Shown: positions 14,249 to 25,201, numbered from the stretch's first letter. The stretch: 55,424 nt of DNA from Sporichthyaceae bacterium (GCA_022616375.1 JAKEEW010000265.1:1-55424); one strand, 5' to 3'. A program made the numbers and translations. The notes: a model not told the origin generated them from the letters alone.

Positions 14249-14362
14249 TCCGAGGCCGAGCCGAAGCGCAGCGGAGGCGAGGCCGGGAAACACAGCAGGG
14301 TCGCAAGGCTCACGCCGCGCGAAGCGCGGGGGAGAACCGGCGAAACAACCAGGAGAGATGAA

Positions 14363-14731
14363 GTGATCCAGCAGGAGTCGCGACTGAGGGTCGCCGACAA
14401 CACCGGTGCCAAGGAGCTCTTGTGCATCCGGGTGCTCGGCGGCTCGGGTCGGCGCTACGCGGGCATTGGTGACGTCATCGTGGCCACCGTCAAGGACGCC
14501 ATCCCCGGTGGCAGCGTCAAGAAGGGCGAGGTCGTCAAGGCCGTCATAGTGCGGACAACCAAGGAGCGCCGCCGGATCGACGGCTCCTACATCCGCTTCG
14601 ACGAGAACGCCGCGGTCCTGATCAAGGACGGCGGCGACCCCCGCGGCACCCGCATCTTCGGCCCGGTGGGCCGGGAGCTGCGTGACAAGCGGTTCATGCG
14701 CATCGTCTCGCTTGCCCCGGAGGTGCTGTAA
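14363..14731 (+). CDS. rplN: 50S ribosomal protein L14
   Basis: [17 protein letters not shown]; GTRIFGPV. Confidence 0.99.
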   Translation: MIQQESRLRVADNTGAKELLCIRVLGGSGRRYAGIGDVIVATVKDAIPGGSVKKGEVVKAVIVRTTKERRRIDGSYIRFDENAAVLIKDGGDPRGTRIFGPVGRELRDKRFMRIVSLAPEVL

Positions 14732-15079
14732 ATGAAGATCAAGAAGGGTGACACGGTCGTGGTGCTGACCGGCCGGACCGAGGACAAGGGCCGGTCCGGC
14801 AAGGTCATCGCGGTCTACCCGGAATCGCAGCGGGTGCTGGTCGAGGGCTGCAACATGGTCAAGAAACACACCAAGGTCGGCCAGACCCAGCGTGGTGCGA
14901 AGACCGGCGGGATCATCACCCAGGAGGCTTCGATCCACGTCAGCAACGTCATGTTGGTCGACGAGGAGACCGGCAAGCCGACCCGGGTCGGCTACCGCAA
15001 GGAAGAGCACAGCCTGCCCGACGGCCGGATCAAGGCACGCAAGGTCCGCGTCTCGAAGCGCAGCGGTAAGGACATCTGA
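14732..15079 (+). CDS. rplX: 50S ribosomal protein L24
   Basis: [11 protein letters not shown] motif; EASIHVSNV. Confidence 0.98.
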   Translation: MKIKKGDTVVVLTGRTEDKGRSGKVIAVYPESQRVLVEGCNMVKKHTKVGQTQRGAKTGGIITQEASIHVSNVMLVDEETGKPTRVGYRKEEHSLPDGRIKARKVRVSKRSGKDI

Positions 15080-15648
15080 TGACGGCAACCACTACCGACC
15101 GGCCGTACCCGCGGGTCAAGCAGCGCTACCGCGAAGAGATCGCGCCGGCGCTGCGCGAGGAGCTCGGCTTCGACAACGTCATGCAGGTGCCCACGCTGAC
15201 CAAGATCGTGGTCAACATGGGCGTCGGCGAGGCGGCCCGGGACAACAAGCTGATCGAGGGCGCGGTTCGTGACCTGGCCGCGATCACCGGCCAGAAGCCG
15301 GCGGTGACCAAAGCCCGCAAGTCCATCGCACAGTTCAAGCTGCGCGAGGGCATGCCGATCGGCGCGCACGTGACGCTGCGCGGCGACCGGATGTGGGAGT
15401 TCCTCGACCGGCTGCTGGCCACCGCGCTGCCCCGGATCAGGGACTTCCGTGGCCTGTCGCCCAAGCAGTTCGACGGCCGCGGCAACTACACGTTCGGTCT
15501 GGTCGAGCAGAGCATGTTCCACGAGATCGACCAGGACAAGATCGACCGGGTGCGCGGTATGGACATCACCGTCGTCACCTCGGCAAAGACCGACGACGAG
15601 GGTAGGGCGCTGCTGCGTCACCTCGGCTTCCCGTTCAAGGAGAACTGA
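15079..15648 (+). CDS. rplE: 50S ribosomal protein L5
   Basis: [11 protein letters not shown]; FKLREGM; PRIRDFRG. Confidence 0.99.
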   Translation: MTATTTDRPYPRVKQRYREEIAPALREELGFDNVMQVPTLTKIVVNMGVGEAARDNKLIEGAVRDLAAITGQKPAVTKARKSIAQFKLREGMPIGAHVTLRGDRMWEFLDRLLATALPRIRDFRGLSPKQFDGRGNYTFGLVEQSMFHEIDQDKIDRVRGMDITVVTSAKTDDEGRALLRHLGFPFKEN

Positions 15649-15650
15649 CC

Positions 15651-15836
15651 GTGGCGAAGAAGTCATTGATCGCTAAGGCGGCGCGCAAGCCGAAGTTCGC
15701 GGTACGTGCCTACACCCGCTGCCAGCGTTGTGGCCGGCCGCACTCGGTGTACCGCAAGTTCGGCCTGTGCCGGGTGTGCCTGCGTGAGATGGCGCACCGC
15801 GGCGAGCTGCCCGGCGTGACCAAAAGCAGCTGGTAA
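15651..15836 (+). CDS. rpsN: 30S ribosomal protein S14, zinc-binding type Z
   Basis: 61 aa; CQRC...CRVC. Confidence 0.98.
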   Translation: MAKKSLIAKAARKPKFAVRAYTRCQRCGRPHSVYRKFGLCRVCLREMAHRGELPGVTKSSW

Positions 15837-15854
15837 GAGACCAACGCACACGAC

Positions 15855-15895
15855 CGCCGAAGGTCCTGGTTCGTCAGGGCTGGGAAACCGCGGCG
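15855..15895 (+). promoter_or_regulatory. Candidate structured leader in front of rpsH (possible S8 autoregulatory site)
   Basis: cgccg/cggcg outer stem and ggt/acc and tcctg/caggg inner pairings just upstream of the rpsH RBS; function inferred. Confidence 0.35.
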
Positions 15896-15913
15896 AGAAA
15901 GAAGTAAACGGCC

Positions 15914-16312
15914 ATGACCATGACCGACCCGATCGCAGACATGCTGACCCGCCTGCGCAACGCCAACTCGGCCTACCACGACACCGTGGCGATGCCGTAC
16001 AGCAAGATCAAGTCGCACATCGCCGAGGTACTCCAGCAGGAGGGCTACATCGCCGGCTGGAAGGTCACCGAGGCCGAGGTTGGCAAGAGCCTGGTGATCA
16101 TGCTCAAGTTCGGCCCGAACCGGGAGCGCTCGATCGCCGGGCTGCGCCGGGTGAGCAAGCCGGGCCTGCGGGTGTACGCCAAGTCCACCGGCCTGCCGCG
16201 CGTGCTCGGCGGCCTCGGTGTCGCGATCATCTCGACGTCATCGGGCCTGCTGACCGACAAGCAGGCCGCCAAGAAGGGTGTGGGCGGGGAAGTCCTCGCC
16301 TACGTCTGGTAA
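15914..16312 (+). CDS. rpsH: 30S ribosomal protein S8
   Basis: [17 protein letters not shown]; SKPGLRVY; GGEVLAYVW. Confidence 0.99.
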   Translation: MTMTDPIADMLTRLRNANSAYHDTVAMPYSKIKSHIAEVLQQEGYIAGWKVTEAEVGKSLVIMLKFGPNRERSIAGLRRVSKPGLRVYAKSTGLPRVLGGLGVAIISTSSGLLTDKQAAKKGVGGEVLAYVW

Positions 16313-16333
16313 CCGGAGAGGAGGCACCAAGAA

Positions 16334-16873
16334 ATGTCGCGAATCGGACGTTCCCCGATTCCGGTGCCCGCCGGTGTCGAGGTGGACATCAAGGGCGCCG
16401 AGGTGACCGTCAAGGGTCCCAAGGGCGCGCTGCAGCACACCCTGGCGGCGCCGATCACGGTGACCCGGGCCGAGGACGGCTCGCTGCTCGTGGTCCGGCC
16501 GGACGACGAGCGGGCCAGCCGTGAGCTGCACGGCCTGTCCCGGACCCTGGTGGCCAACATGGTCACCGGCGTGACCAGCGGTTACCAGAAGAGCCTGGAG
16601 ATCGTCGGGGTCGGCTACCGGGTCGCCGCCAAGGGTCCGGCGCTCGAGTTCTCGCTCGGGTTCAGCCACTCGGTCGTGGTGGAGCCGCCAGAGGGCATCA
16701 CGTTCCAGGTCGAGACGCCAACCAAGTTCCATGTGTCGGGCATCGACAAGCAGCAGGTCGGCGAGGTCGCGGCCAACCTGCGCAAGCTGCGCAAGCCGGA
16801 CCCGTACAAGGGCAAGGGCGTGCGCTACCAAGGCGAGGTCGTCCGCCGCAAGGTCGGAAAGGCTGGTAAGTAG
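16334..16873 (+). CDS. rplF: 50S ribosomal protein L6
   Basis: MSRIGRSPI; KGPKG; PDPYKGKG. Confidence 0.99.
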   Translation: MSRIGRSPIPVPAGVEVDIKGAEVTVKGPKGALQHTLAAPITVTRAEDGSLLVVRPDDERASRELHGLSRTLVANMVTGVTSGYQKSLEIVGVGYRVAAKGPALEFSLGFSHSVVVEPPEGITFQVETPTKFHVSGIDKQQVGEVAANLRKLRKPDPYKGKGVRYQGEVVRRKVGKAGK

Positions 16874-16876
16874 GTC

Positions 16877-17260
16877 ATGGCTGTCGGTATCAAGGTCGGC
16901 AAGGGCGCGGGCGCCAAGCGCGTCGCCCGGATCCGCCGCCACCTCCGGGTCCGCAAGAAGGTCTCCGGCACGACGGCGCGGCCGCGACTGGTCGTGTCCC
17001 GATCCAGCCGGCACATGGTCGCTCAGATCGTCGACGACACCGCGGGGCGTACCCTGGTATCGGCTTCGTCGATGGACGCGGACCTGCGCAAGGCGGGTGG
17101 CGACAAGACTGCCAAGGCGCGTGAGGTCGGCAAGCTGGTCGCCGAGCGAGCCAAGGCGGCCGGCATCGAGTCCGTGGTGTTCGACCGTGGTGGCAACCGC
17201 TTCCACGGCCGGATCGCCGCGCTGGCCGAGGGCGCCCGCGAGGGCGGTCTCGGATTCTGA
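16877..17260 (+). CDS. rplR: 50S ribosomal protein L18
   Basis: RPRLVVSRS; VVFDRGG..FHGRI. Confidence 0.99.
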   Translation: MAVGIKVGKGAGAKRVARIRRHLRVRKKVSGTTARPRLVVSRSSRHMVAQIVDDTAGRTLVSASSMDADLRKAGGDKTAKAREVGKLVAERAKAAGIESVVFDRGGNRFHGRIAALAEGAREGGLGF

Positions 17261-17306
17261 CCACGACAAACGCTCCGTAACTTCGGGCAAGAAAGAGGAA
17301 GTAGAC

Positions 17307-17909
17307 ATGGCTGGACCCCAGCGCCGTGGTACTGGCGCCGGCGGCGAGCGGCGTGAGCGTCGTGGTGACGGGCGTCGAGATGCTGCTGCGGAGAAGACCG
17401 CGTTCGTTGAGCGGGTAGTCGCGATCAACCGGGTCGCCAAGGTCGTGCAGGGCGGTCGGCGCTTCAGCTTCACCGCGCTGGTGGTCGTCGGCGACGGCGA
17501 CGGGATGGTCGGTGTCGGATACGGCAAGGCCAAGGAGGTGCCGGCCGCGATCGCCAAGGGCGTCGAAGAGGCCAAGAAGCACTTCTTCAAGGTCCCCCGG
17601 ATCCAGGGCACGATCCCGCACCCGGTGCAGGGCGAGGCGGCCGCGGGTGTGGTGCTGCTCAAGCCGGCATCGCCGGGTACCGGTGTGATTGCCGGTGGCC
17701 CGGTGCGTGCCGTGCTGGAGTGCGCCGGCATCCACGACGTGCTGTCCAAGTCGCTCGGCTCGTCCAACGCGATCAACATCGTGCACGCCACCGTGGCGGC
17801 GCTGCGGATGCTCGAGCGCCCCGAGGAGGTGGCCGCGCGCCGCGGTCTGCCGCTCGAGCACGTGGCACCGGCCGCGCTGCTGCGGGCCAGGGCCGGAGTG
17901 GGTACCTGA
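17307..17909 (+). CDS. rpsE: 30S ribosomal protein S5
   Basis: ATG after GAGGA; [16 protein letters not shown]; GTGVIAGG. Confidence 0.99.
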   Translation: MAGPQRRGTGAGGERRERRGDGRRDAAAEKTAFVERVVAINRVAKVVQGGRRFSFTALVVVGDGDGMVGVGYGKAKEVPAAIAKGVEEAKKHFFKVPRIQGTIPHPVQGEAAAGVVLLKPASPGTGVIAGGPVRAVLECAGIHDVLSKSLGSSNAINIVHATVAALRMLERPEEVAARRGLPLEHVAPAALLRARAGVGT

Positions 17910-18091
17910 TGTCGCGACTGAAGGTAATCCAGACCCGGTCCGGGATCGGGCAGAAGCAGAACCAGCGGGACACGCTGCGGACTCTCGGCCTCAAGCGCGT
18001 CGGTGACGTCGTGGTCAAGGAGAACCGTCCGGAGATCCGCGGGATGGTCAACACGGTGTCGCACCTCGTCACCGTCGAGGAGGTCGACTAG
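17909..18091 (+). CDS. rpmD: 50S ribosomal protein L30
   Basis: [14 protein letters not shown]...TLRTLGLKR...RGMV; 60 aa. Confidence 0.97.
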   Translation: MSRLKVIQTRSGIGQKQNQRDTLRTLGLKRVGDVVVKENRPEIRGMVNTVSHLVTVEEVD

Positions 18092-18093
18092 TC

Positions 18094-18534
18094 ATGACCC
18101 TCAAGGTCCACCACCTGCGTCCGGCCCCGGGCGCGCACACCAAGAAGACCCGGGTGGGTCGTGGTGAGGGGTCCAAGGGCAAGACTGCCGGTCGCGGAAC
18201 CAAGGGCACGAAGGCTCGCTACCAGGTGCCGGCCTCGTTCGAGGGCGGCCAGATGCCCCTGCACATGCGGGTGCCCAAGCTCAAGGGCTTCCGCAACCCG
18301 TTCCGGGTCGAGTATCAGGTGGTCAACCTGGACAAACTCGCCGCGCTCTACCCGAGCGGTGGCGAGGTCACGGTCGACGACTTGGTGGCCAAGGGCGCGG
18401 TCCGCAAGGGCCAGCCGGTCAAGGTGCTCGGTACGGGTTCGGTGTCGGTGGCGCTGCAGGTGAGCGTGAACGCGTTCTCCAGCACCGCAAAAGAGAAGAT
18501 CGCAGCAGCCGGCGGCACCGCCACCGTGCTGTAG
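18094..18534 (+). CDS. rplO: 50S ribosomal protein L15
   Basis: [16 protein letters not shown]; FEGGQMPL. Confidence 0.99.
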   Translation: MTLKVHHLRPAPGAHTKKTRVGRGEGSKGKTAGRGTKGTKARYQVPASFEGGQMPLHMRVPKLKGFRNPFRVEYQVVNLDKLAALYPSGGEVTVDDLVAKGAVRKGQPVKVLGTGSVSVALQVSVNAFSSTAKEKIAAAGGTATVL

Positions 18535-18786
18535 GAGGGGCGGTGGTGGTTCCGCCACCCTCCTACCCAAGGCCGTCGCGAGACGACTACGTTGGGGGCG
18601 TCGCCGCTCACCTGAGCTTGATCGGGTAGGCAGTGGCGCCCCCGCGGCTGTTATTGTCCGTGCAGTCCGGTGCTGGGCGACTCATCCGCAACTTTCCACC
18701 ATCCGCGGGCGGGTTGGACGGTTACCTTGACTGTTGACCATGAATCGAGCGCCGCCAATCCCGGCGGCCTTGCGCAGGAGGCCTGA

Positions 18787-20094
18787 GTGCTCACCGCGTT
18801 CGCCCGGGCGTTTCGCACGCCCGACCTGCGCCGGAAACTGCTGTTCACACTCGCGATCATCGCGTTGTTCCGGTTCGGCTCGCAGCTGCCTACTCCCGGT
18901 GTGGACTCGGGCGCGATCCAGCGATGCCTGGAGCCCGCGCTCGCGCAGGGCGGCATCTACGGCCTGATCAACCTGTTCAGTGGCGGCGCCCTGCTCCAGC
19001 TGTCGGTGTTCGCGCTCGGCATCATGCCGTACATCACCGCGAGCATCATCATCCAGCTGCTCACGGTGGTGATCCCACGACTGGAGTCGCTGAAGAAGGA
19101 AGGCCAGGCCGGCACCGCTCGGCTCACCCAGTACACCCGCTACCTGACCGTGGCGCTGGCCGTGCTGCAGTCGACCGCGTTCATCGCGATCGCGCGCGAG
19201 CCGGGCCGGCTGTTCCAGGACTGCAGCGAGTTCATCATCCGGGAAGAGATCGGCATCTGGGGCATCCTGTCCATGGTGGTCACGATGACCGCGGGCACCG
19301 CCGTCATCATGTGGTTCGGCGAGCTGATCACCGACCGCGGCGTCGGCAACGGGATGTCGCTGCTGATCTTCACCCAGATCGTGGCCACGTTCCCGCAGCA
19401 GCTGTGGGTCATCAAGCAGCAGGCCGGCTGGGACGCGTTCCTGATCGTGGTCGGCGTCGGGCTCGCGCTGGTCGCCGCGGTGATCTTCATCGAACAGGGC
19501 CAGCGGCGGATCCCGGTGCAGTACGCGAAGCGGATGATCGGCCGGCGGATGTACGGCGGTAGCTCCACCTACATCCCGCTGAAGGTCAACCAGGCCGGTG
19601 TCATCCCGGTCATCTTCGCCTCCTCGCTGATGTACCTACCGGTGCTGGCCGCGCAGATGGGCAACCCGAACTCGGGCTGGGCGATCTGGATCCAGCGCAA
19701 CCTGGTCAACGGGACCGGCTGGATCTACATGGCCTCGTTCTTCCTCATGATCGTCTTCTTCACGTACTTCTACGTCGGAATCACCTGGAACCCGGTGGAC
19801 GTGGCGGACAACATGAAGAAGTACGGCGGGTTCATCCCGGGCATCCGGGCCGGCCGGCCAACCGCGGAGTATTTGCAGTACATCCTGAACCGGATCACGC
19901 TGCCCGGTTCGGTCTACCTGGGTCTGATCGCGCTGGTTCCGATGGTCGCAATTTCGATCTTCGGCGGCGGGGTGAACCAGAACTTCCCGTTCGGCGGCAC
20001 CAGCATCTTGATCATGGTTGGCGTCGGGCTGGACACCGTGAAGCAGATCGAGAGCCAGCTGCAGCAGCGCAACTACGAGGGCTTCCTGCGCTAG
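18787..20094 (+). CDS. secY: Preprotein translocase SecY
   Basis: LGIMPYITASII; GVGNGMSL; GGFIPGIRAG; GGTSILI. Confidence 0.99.
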   Translation: MLTAFARAFRTPDLRRKLLFTLAIIALFRFGSQLPTPGVDSGAIQRCLEPALAQGGIYGLINLFSGGALLQLSVFALGIMPYITASIIIQLLTVVIPRLESLKKEGQAGTARLTQYTRYLTVALAVLQSTAFIAIAREPGRLFQDCSEFIIREEIGIWGILSMVVTMTAGTAVIMWFGELITDRGVGNGMSLLIFTQIVATFPQQLWVIKQQAGWDAFLIVVGVGLALVAAVIFIEQGQRRIPVQYAKRMIGRRMYGGSSTYIPLKVNQAGVIPVIFASSLMYLPVLAAQMGNPNSGWAIWIQRNLVNGTGWIYMASFFLMIVFFTYFYVGITWNPVDVADNMKKYGGFIPGIRAGRPTAEYLQYILNRITLPGSVYLGLIALVPMVAISIFGGGVNQNFPFGGTSILIMVGVGLDTVKQIESQLQQRNYEGFLR

Positions 20095-20748
20095 ATGCGT
20101 ATCGTGCTCGTCGGGCCGCCAGGAGCAGGGAAGGGGACCCAGGCCCAGTTCATCGCCTCGCACCTGTCGATCCCCAAGATCTCGACAGGCGATATCTTCC
20201 GGACCAATGTCAACCAGGGGACGGAACTGGGGCGAGAAGCGCGGGCCTTCATGGATCGCGGCGACCTGGTGCCGGACACGGTGACGATCGCGATGGTCAG
20301 GGACCGGCTGTCCGAGGGCGACGCGGCCGACGGGTTCCTGCTCGACGGTTTCCCGCGCACGCTGCACCAGGCGAAGGTGCTGGACGAGATCCTGGACGAG
20401 ATGGGCGACAAGCTGGACGTCGTGCTCGAGCTCGTGGTGGACGACGACGAGGTCGTGCGCCGGCTGTCCGGGCGGCGGACCTGCCGGCAGTGCGGGCGGG
20501 TCTGGCACCTGGACTTCGACCCGCCGAAGGTGGACGGGATCTGCGACCAGTGCATCGGCGAGCTGTTCCAGCGCGACGACGACCGGGAGGAGACGATCCG
20601 GCACCGGCTCGAGGTCTACGCGGAGCAAACCGCGCCCCTGATCGACTTCTACGCCGACCAGGGCAATCTGGTCGGCCTGGACGCGACCGGACCGGTCGAG
20701 GACGTGACCGAGCGGGCCATCGGCGCGCTGCGGCGCTTCGGCGGGTGA
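20095..20748 (+). CDS. adk: Adenylate kinase (zinc-lid type)
   Basis: [10 protein letters not shown]; LDGFPRT; CRQC...CDQC lid. Confidence 0.98.
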   Translation: MRIVLVGPPGAGKGTQAQFIASHLSIPKISTGDIFRTNVNQGTELGREARAFMDRGDLVPDTVTIAMVRDRLSEGDAADGFLLDGFPRTLHQAKVLDEILDEMGDKLDVVLELVVDDDEVVRRLSGRRTCRQCGRVWHLDFDPPKVDGICDQCIGELFQRDDDREETIRHRLEVYAEQTAPLIDFYADQGNLVGLDATGPVEDVTERAIGALRRFGG

Positions 20749-20755
20749 CCGGCGC

Positions 20756-21577
20756 TTGTTCAGGAGGCGCAAGAACATGATCGAGATCAAGACCGAGGCC
20801 GAGATCGCCAAGATGCGCGAGGCCGGTCTGGTCGTCGGCCAGACCCTAGAGCTGCTGCGCAGCGCGGCCCAGCCCGGGGTCAGCACCGGCGAGCTCGATG
20901 CGATCGCCGAGCAGCACATCAGGGACAGCGGCGCGGTCCCGTCTTTCAAGGGCTACCAGGGCTTCCCGGCCTCGATCTGCGCGTCCATCAACGACGAGAT
21001 CGTGCACGGCATCCCGGACCGGTTCCGGGTCCTGCGCGACGGCGACATCATCTCGCTGGACTGCGGCGCGATCGTGGACGGCTGGCACGGCGACGCCGCG
21101 ATCACGGTGCCGGTCGGTGCGGTGGCCCCGGAGCTGCACCGGCTGCTCGCGGTCTGCGAGGAGGCGCTCTGGCAGGGAATCGGGGCGGCCCGGCTGGGCG
21201 GGCGGCTGACCGACATCTCGCACGCGATCGAGATCTTCATCCGCGCCCAGGGCCGGTACGGCATCGTCGAGGAGTACGGCGGCCACGGCATCGGCTCCCG
21301 GATGCACCAGGACCCGCACCTGCTCAACTACGGCCGGCCTGGCCGCGGGCCCCGGCTGGTCAAGGGGATGGCGCTGGCCGTGGAGCCGATGATCAACATC
21401 GGCAGCCGCAAGACCAAGGTGCTCGGCGACGACTGGACCGTAGTGACCGAGGACGGGTCGTGTTCCGCGCACTTCGAGCACACGTTCACGCTGACCGAGG
21501 ACGGCCCGTGGGTGCTGACCGCGCTGGACGGCGGCACTGCCCGGCTCGGCCGCGATGCGGCCGCGGTCTCTTCGTGA
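20756..21577 (+). CDS. map: Type I methionine aminopeptidase
   Basis: HGIP; GWHGD; GHGIG..MH; SAHFEHT. Start TTG 20756 or ATG 20777. Confidence 0.97.
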   Translation: MFRRRKNMIEIKTEAEIAKMREAGLVVGQTLELLRSAAQPGVSTGELDAIAEQHIRDSGAVPSFKGYQGFPASICASINDEIVHGIPDRFRVLRDGDIISLDCGAIVDGWHGDAAITVPVGAVAPELHRLLAVCEEALWQGIGAARLGGRLTDISHAIEIFIRAQGRYGIVEEYGGHGIGSRMHQDPHLLNYGRPGRGPRLVKGMALAVEPMINIGSRKTKVLGDDWTVVTEDGSCSAHFEHTFTLTEDGPWVLTALDGGTARLGRDAAAVSS

Positions 21578-21649
21578 TCATTACCCGCAATCTGTGCGGA
21601 CGAACTACCCAAATGGGGTGATCATTTGCGCAGATCGCCGGTAATGATC
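21576..21649. repeat. 74-bp palindromic REP/MITE-like element, family B copy 1
   Basis: gatcattacc...ggtaatgatc; 25-nt arms with 5 mismatches (3 are G-T); overlaps the map stop codon; homologous to 45680-45753. Confidence 0.8.
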
Positions 21650-21690
21650 GGCGGGCGGTGGCGCATAGTGATCGAGATTGCGGAGTCGAT

Positions 21691-21720
21691 TAGCGAGCGC
21701 GCGGTGATCTGACGTAGACT
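21691..21720 (+). promoter_or_regulatory. Likely promoter of infA-rpmJ-alpha operon
   Basis: TAGCGA, 18 nt spacer, TAGACT (21715-21720). Confidence 0.5.
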
Positions 21721-21754
21721 CTTCCCTCGGCTCACTATGTGCCTCACCTCCATC

Positions 21755-21796
21755 AAGCGCCCCGCGGCTGGTTCTGGCGCCGGAGGGGCGCTTTTT
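21755..21796 (+). terminator. Intrinsic terminator-like hairpin in the infA upstream region
   Basis: aagcgcccc...ggggcgctt stem followed by a T-run. Confidence 0.5.
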
Positions 21797-21852
21797 GTGT
21801 GCCAAGAACCATTCCGATAGATCAACTGACAACGTGCAGAAACGCGGAGGCC

Positions 21853-22074
21853 ATGCCCAAGAAAGAGGGCGCCATCGAGATCGAGGGCACTGTGGTGGAG
21901 TCGCTCCCGAACGCCATGTTCCGGGTCGAGCTCGCCAACGGGCACAAGGTCCTCGCGCACATCAGCGGGAAGATGCGGATGCACTACATCCGGATCCTTC
22001 CCGATGACCGGGTCGTCGTCGAGCTCAGCCCGTACGACCTGACCCGGGGTCGGATCGTCTACCGGTACAAGTGA
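21853..22074 (+). CDS. infA: Translation initiation factor IF-1
   Basis: GGAGG RBS; [10 protein letters not shown]; AHISGKMR; [12 protein letters not shown]. Confidence 0.99.
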   Translation: MPKKEGAIEIEGTVVESLPNAMFRVELANGHKVLAHISGKMRMHYIRILPDDRVVVELSPYDLTRGRIVYRYK

Positions 22075-22138
22075 TTGGTTAACCGGCACGGGCGTCCCCG
22101 ACGCTCATGAGCGCCGCGAGCACGTCCTGGAGAAACCC

Positions 22139-22252
22139 ATGAAGGTCAAGCCGAGCGTCAAGAAGATTTGCGACAAGTGCAAGGTGATCCGCCGGCACGG
22201 GCGGGTCACGGTGATCTGCGAGAACGCGCGCCACAAGCAGCGTCAGGGCTAA
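22139..22252 (+). CDS. rpmJ: 50S ribosomal protein L36 (not in the ORF track)
   Basis: Manual translation [37 protein letters not shown]; GGAG RBS. Confidence 0.98.
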   Translation: MKVKPSVKKICDKCKVIRRHGRVTVICENARHKQRQG

Positions 22253-22333
22253 GCCAGCAGGCGTCGCAACCGTAAGCACGAACAACTCAATACCGAGCAG
22301 CAACCCGACACCCGCGGCAACGCGGGACGGTAC

Positions 22334-22453
22334 CCCCGGCGACGGAGGCCGGGGACCTGCGGACCGGGACGGTCATCCCGCCGGGCTGGGCAGCCAGGCG
22401 GACCCGCGCCCGGGTCACCACCCCCGCGGGACCGGTGCTGCCCCAGACCTCCG
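22334..22453 (+). promoter_or_regulatory. Candidate structured r-protein leader upstream of rpsM
   Basis: Stem ccccggc/gccgggg whose loop-proximal cggagg (22343-22348) is complementary to cctccg (22448-22453). Confidence 0.45.
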
Positions 22454-22482
22454 CCAAGTAACCGACAGGAGAAACCGCCCAG

Positions 22483-22863
22483 ATGGCACGCCTCGCAGGC
22501 GTCGACCTTCCCCGCGAAAAGCGGCTCGAGGTCGCCCTCACATACATCTTCGGCATCGGCCGTACCCGCGCGCTGGAGACCCTCAAGGCCACCGGGGTAA
22601 GCCCGGACCTGCGGGTTCGCGACCTCGGGGACGACCAGCTGGTCAAGCTCCGGGACTGGATCGAGTCCAACTACAAGATCGAAGGTGACCTCCGCCGTGA
22701 GGTCGCCGCCGACATCCGCCGCAAGGTGGAGATCGGTTGCTACCAGGGTCTGCGGCACCGCCGTGGCCTGCCGGTGCATGGTCAGCGCACGCACACCAAC
22801 GCGCGCACCCGCAAGGGCCCGCGCAAGGCCATCGCCGGCAAGAAGAAGGTCGGCAAGAAGTAA
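22483..22863 (+). CDS. rpsM: 30S ribosomal protein S13
   Basis: [10 protein letters not shown]; [18 protein letters not shown]. Confidence 0.99.
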   Translation: MARLAGVDLPREKRLEVALTYIFGIGRTRALETLKATGVSPDLRVRDLGDDQLVKLRDWIESNYKIEGDLRREVAADIRRKVEIGCYQGLRHRRGLPVHGQRTHTNARTRKGPRKAIAGKKKVGKK

Positions 22864-22910
22864 GTATGTAACCCAGACCTCGCCGTAACCGATACAGGAG
22901 AACCAGCCAG

Positions 22911-23315
22911 ATGCCCCCCAAGAGCCGCACGGCCGGCGCCAAGAAGGTGCGCCGCAAGGAGCGGAAGAACGTGGCCCACGGCCACGCGCATATCAAGAGC
23001 ACGTTCAACAACACGATCGTGTCCATCACCGACCCGTCCGGCGCCGTGATCGCATGGGCCAGCTCGGGTCAGGTCGGGTTCAAGGGCTCGCGGAAATCGA
23101 CCCCGTTCGCCGCGCAGATGGCCGCCGAGGCGGCCGGCCGCCGGGCGCAGGAGCACGGCATGCGCAAGGTCGACGTGTTCGTCAAAGGCCCCGGCTCCGG
23201 CCGGGAGACCGCGATCCGGTCCCTGCAGGCGGTTGGCCTGGAGGTCGGATCGATCCAGGACGTCACCCCTGTCCCGCACAACGGATGCCGGCCGCCTAAG
23301 CGCCGGCGCGTCTGA
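22911..23315 (+). CDS. rpsK: 30S ribosomal protein S11
   Basis: STFNNTIV; [14 protein letters not shown]; [13 protein letters not shown]. Confidence 0.99.
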   Translation: MPPKSRTAGAKKVRRKERKNVAHGHAHIKSTFNNTIVSITDPSGAVIAWASSGQVGFKGSRKSTPFAAQMAAEAAGRRAQEHGMRKVDVFVKGPGSGRETAIRSLQAVGLEVGSIQDVTPVPHNGCRPPKRRRV

Positions 23316-23340
23316 GAAGCCCTGAGGAGTACGAACCCAG

Positions 23341-23967
23341 ATGGCCCGTTACACCGGCGCGGACTGCAAGCTTTGCCGCCGCGAGAAGATGAAGCTGTTC
23401 CTCAAGGGCGCCAAGTGCGAGTCGCCGAAGTGCCCGATCGAGATCCGGCCGTACCCTCCGGGGGAGCATGGTCGCGGCCGGTCGAAGGACAGCGAGTACT
23501 TGATGCAGCTGCGCGAGAAGCAGAAGGCTCGCCGCATCTACGGCGTGCTCGAGGCGCAGTTCCGCAACTACTACAAAGAGGCCAACCGCACCGGCGGCAA
23601 GACCGGTGAGAACCTGCTGCGCATCCTGGAGAGCCGGCTGGACAACGTGGTCTACCGTGCCGGGTTCGCCAAGAGCCGGGACATGGCCCGCCAGCTGGTC
23701 CGGCACGGCCACCTCATGGTCAACGGCCACAAGGTGGACATCCCGTCCTACCGGGTCTCGGAGAACGACATCATCGAGGTCCGGCCGTCCTCGGTCGAGC
23801 TGACCCCGTTCGTGATCGCGCGCGCCGAGGCCGGCGAGCGGACCGTGCCGGCGTGGCTGGAGGTCATCCCGAACCGGATGCGCATCCTGGTCCACTCGCT
23901 GCCGGCCCGGCAGGTCATCGACACCCAGGTCCAGGAACAACTGATCGTCGAGCTGTACTCGAAGTAG
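23341..23967 (+). CDS. rpsD: 30S ribosomal protein S4 (Cys-containing type)
   Basis: MARYTG..CKLCRRE; QLREKQK; LESRLDNVVYR. Confidence 0.99.
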   Translation: MARYTGADCKLCRREKMKLFLKGAKCESPKCPIEIRPYPPGEHGRGRSKDSEYLMQLREKQKARRIYGVLEAQFRNYYKEANRTGGKTGENLLRILESRLDNVVYRAGFAKSRDMARQLVRHGHLMVNGHKVDIPSYRVSENDIIEVRPSSVELTPFVIARAEAGERTVPAWLEVIPNRMRILVHSLPARQVIDTQVQEQLIVELYSK

Positions 23968-24095
23968 TCCGGCTCGAACCCGGTGGCGGCGGACCGATGC
24001 CGCCGCCGGGGCACCGGGCGGCGGCGCAGGTTGCTGCCGCCGGGTGCGCGTACGCGAGAGTCAAATAGCGGGCCTCGCGGGAAGGAAGAACGTCA

Positions 24096-25115
24096 GTGCT
24101 CATCGCCCAGCGTCCCACTCTTACCGAAGAGCCGGTCTCCGATTTCCGGTCACGGTTCGTGATCGAGCCGCTCGAGCCGGGCTTCGGCTACACCCTCGGT
24201 AACTCACTGCGCCGTACCCTGCTCTCCTCCATCCCAGGTGCCGCCGTCACCAGCATCCGCATCGACGGCGTGCTGCACGAGTTCAGCACCGTGCCCGGGG
24301 TGAAGGAGGACGTCACCGACCTGATCCTGAACATCAAGGAGCTGGTGATCAGCTCCGAGCACGACGAACCGGTCGTGATGTACCTGCGCAAGCAGGGCCC
24401 CGGCGTGGTCACCGCGGCCGACATCCACCCGCCGGCCGGGGTCGAGGTGCACAATTCCGAGCTGCACCTGGCCACCCTGAACGGCAAGGGCAAGCTCGAC
24501 CTCGAGCTGACCGTCGAGCGCGGCCGTGGCTACGTCTCGGCGGCGCAGAACAAGCAGCCGGGCCAGGAGATCGGCCGGATTCCGATCGACTCGATCTACT
24601 CACCGGTGCTCAAGGTCGTCTACAAGATCGAGGCGACCCGAGTCGAGCAGCGCACCGACTTCGACCGGCTGATCGTGGACATCGAGACCAAGCAGTCGAT
24701 GAGCCCGCGGGACGCCATGGCCTCGGCCGGGAAGACGCTGACCGAGCTGTTCGGGCTGGCCCGTGAGCTCAACCTCGAGGCCGAGGGCATCGACATGGGC
24801 CCCTCGCCCACTGACGCCGCGCTGGCTGCCGATCTGGCACTGCCGATCGAGGAGCTCGAGCTCACCGTCCGCTCGTACAACTGCCTCAAGCGCGAGGGCA
24901 TCCACACCGTGGGCGAGCTGGTCATGCGCAGCGAGGCCGACCTGCTCGACATCCGCAACTTCGGGGCCAAGTCGATCGACGAGGTCAAGCTGAAGCTGGC
25001 CACCCTCGGGCTGACCCTCAAGGACAGCCCGCCCGGGTTCGACCCCGGTAGCGCGGTGCACGACTTCGGTGCCGACGACGACGATCAGCGCTTCGCCGAG
25101 ACCGAGCAGTACTGA
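24096..25115 (+). CDS. rpoA: RNA polymerase alpha subunit
   Basis: [22 protein letters not shown]; [10 protein letters not shown]; NFGAKS. Confidence 0.99.
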   Translation: MLIAQRPTLTEEPVSDFRSRFVIEPLEPGFGYTLGNSLRRTLLSSIPGAAVTSIRIDGVLHEFSTVPGVKEDVTDLILNIKELVISSEHDEPVVMYLRKQGPGVVTAADIHPPAGVEVHNSELHLATLNGKGKLDLELTVERGRGYVSAAQNKQPGQEIGRIPIDSIYSPVLKVVYKIEATRVEQRTDFDRLIVDIETKQSMSPRDAMASAGKTLTELFGLARELNLEAEGIDMGPSPTDAALAADLALPIEELELTVRSYNCLKREGIHTVGELVMRSEADLLDIRNFGAKSIDEVKLKLATLGLTLKDSPPGFDPGSAVHDFGADDDDQRFAETEQY

Positions 25116-25201
25116 CCGACCCTGACTGATTCCGCAGGGAGGCTGCCCCGAGTCCGCCAGATCGGGGCAGCCGCCCGGCACGAGGAAGAGAGAAGAACAC
25201 G

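Noticed and set aside
23979-24047. Two tandem GC hairpins between rpsD and rpoA
   Set aside because: Low-complexity ggc/gcc stems with no second copy seen; most simply mRNA-stabilising structures.
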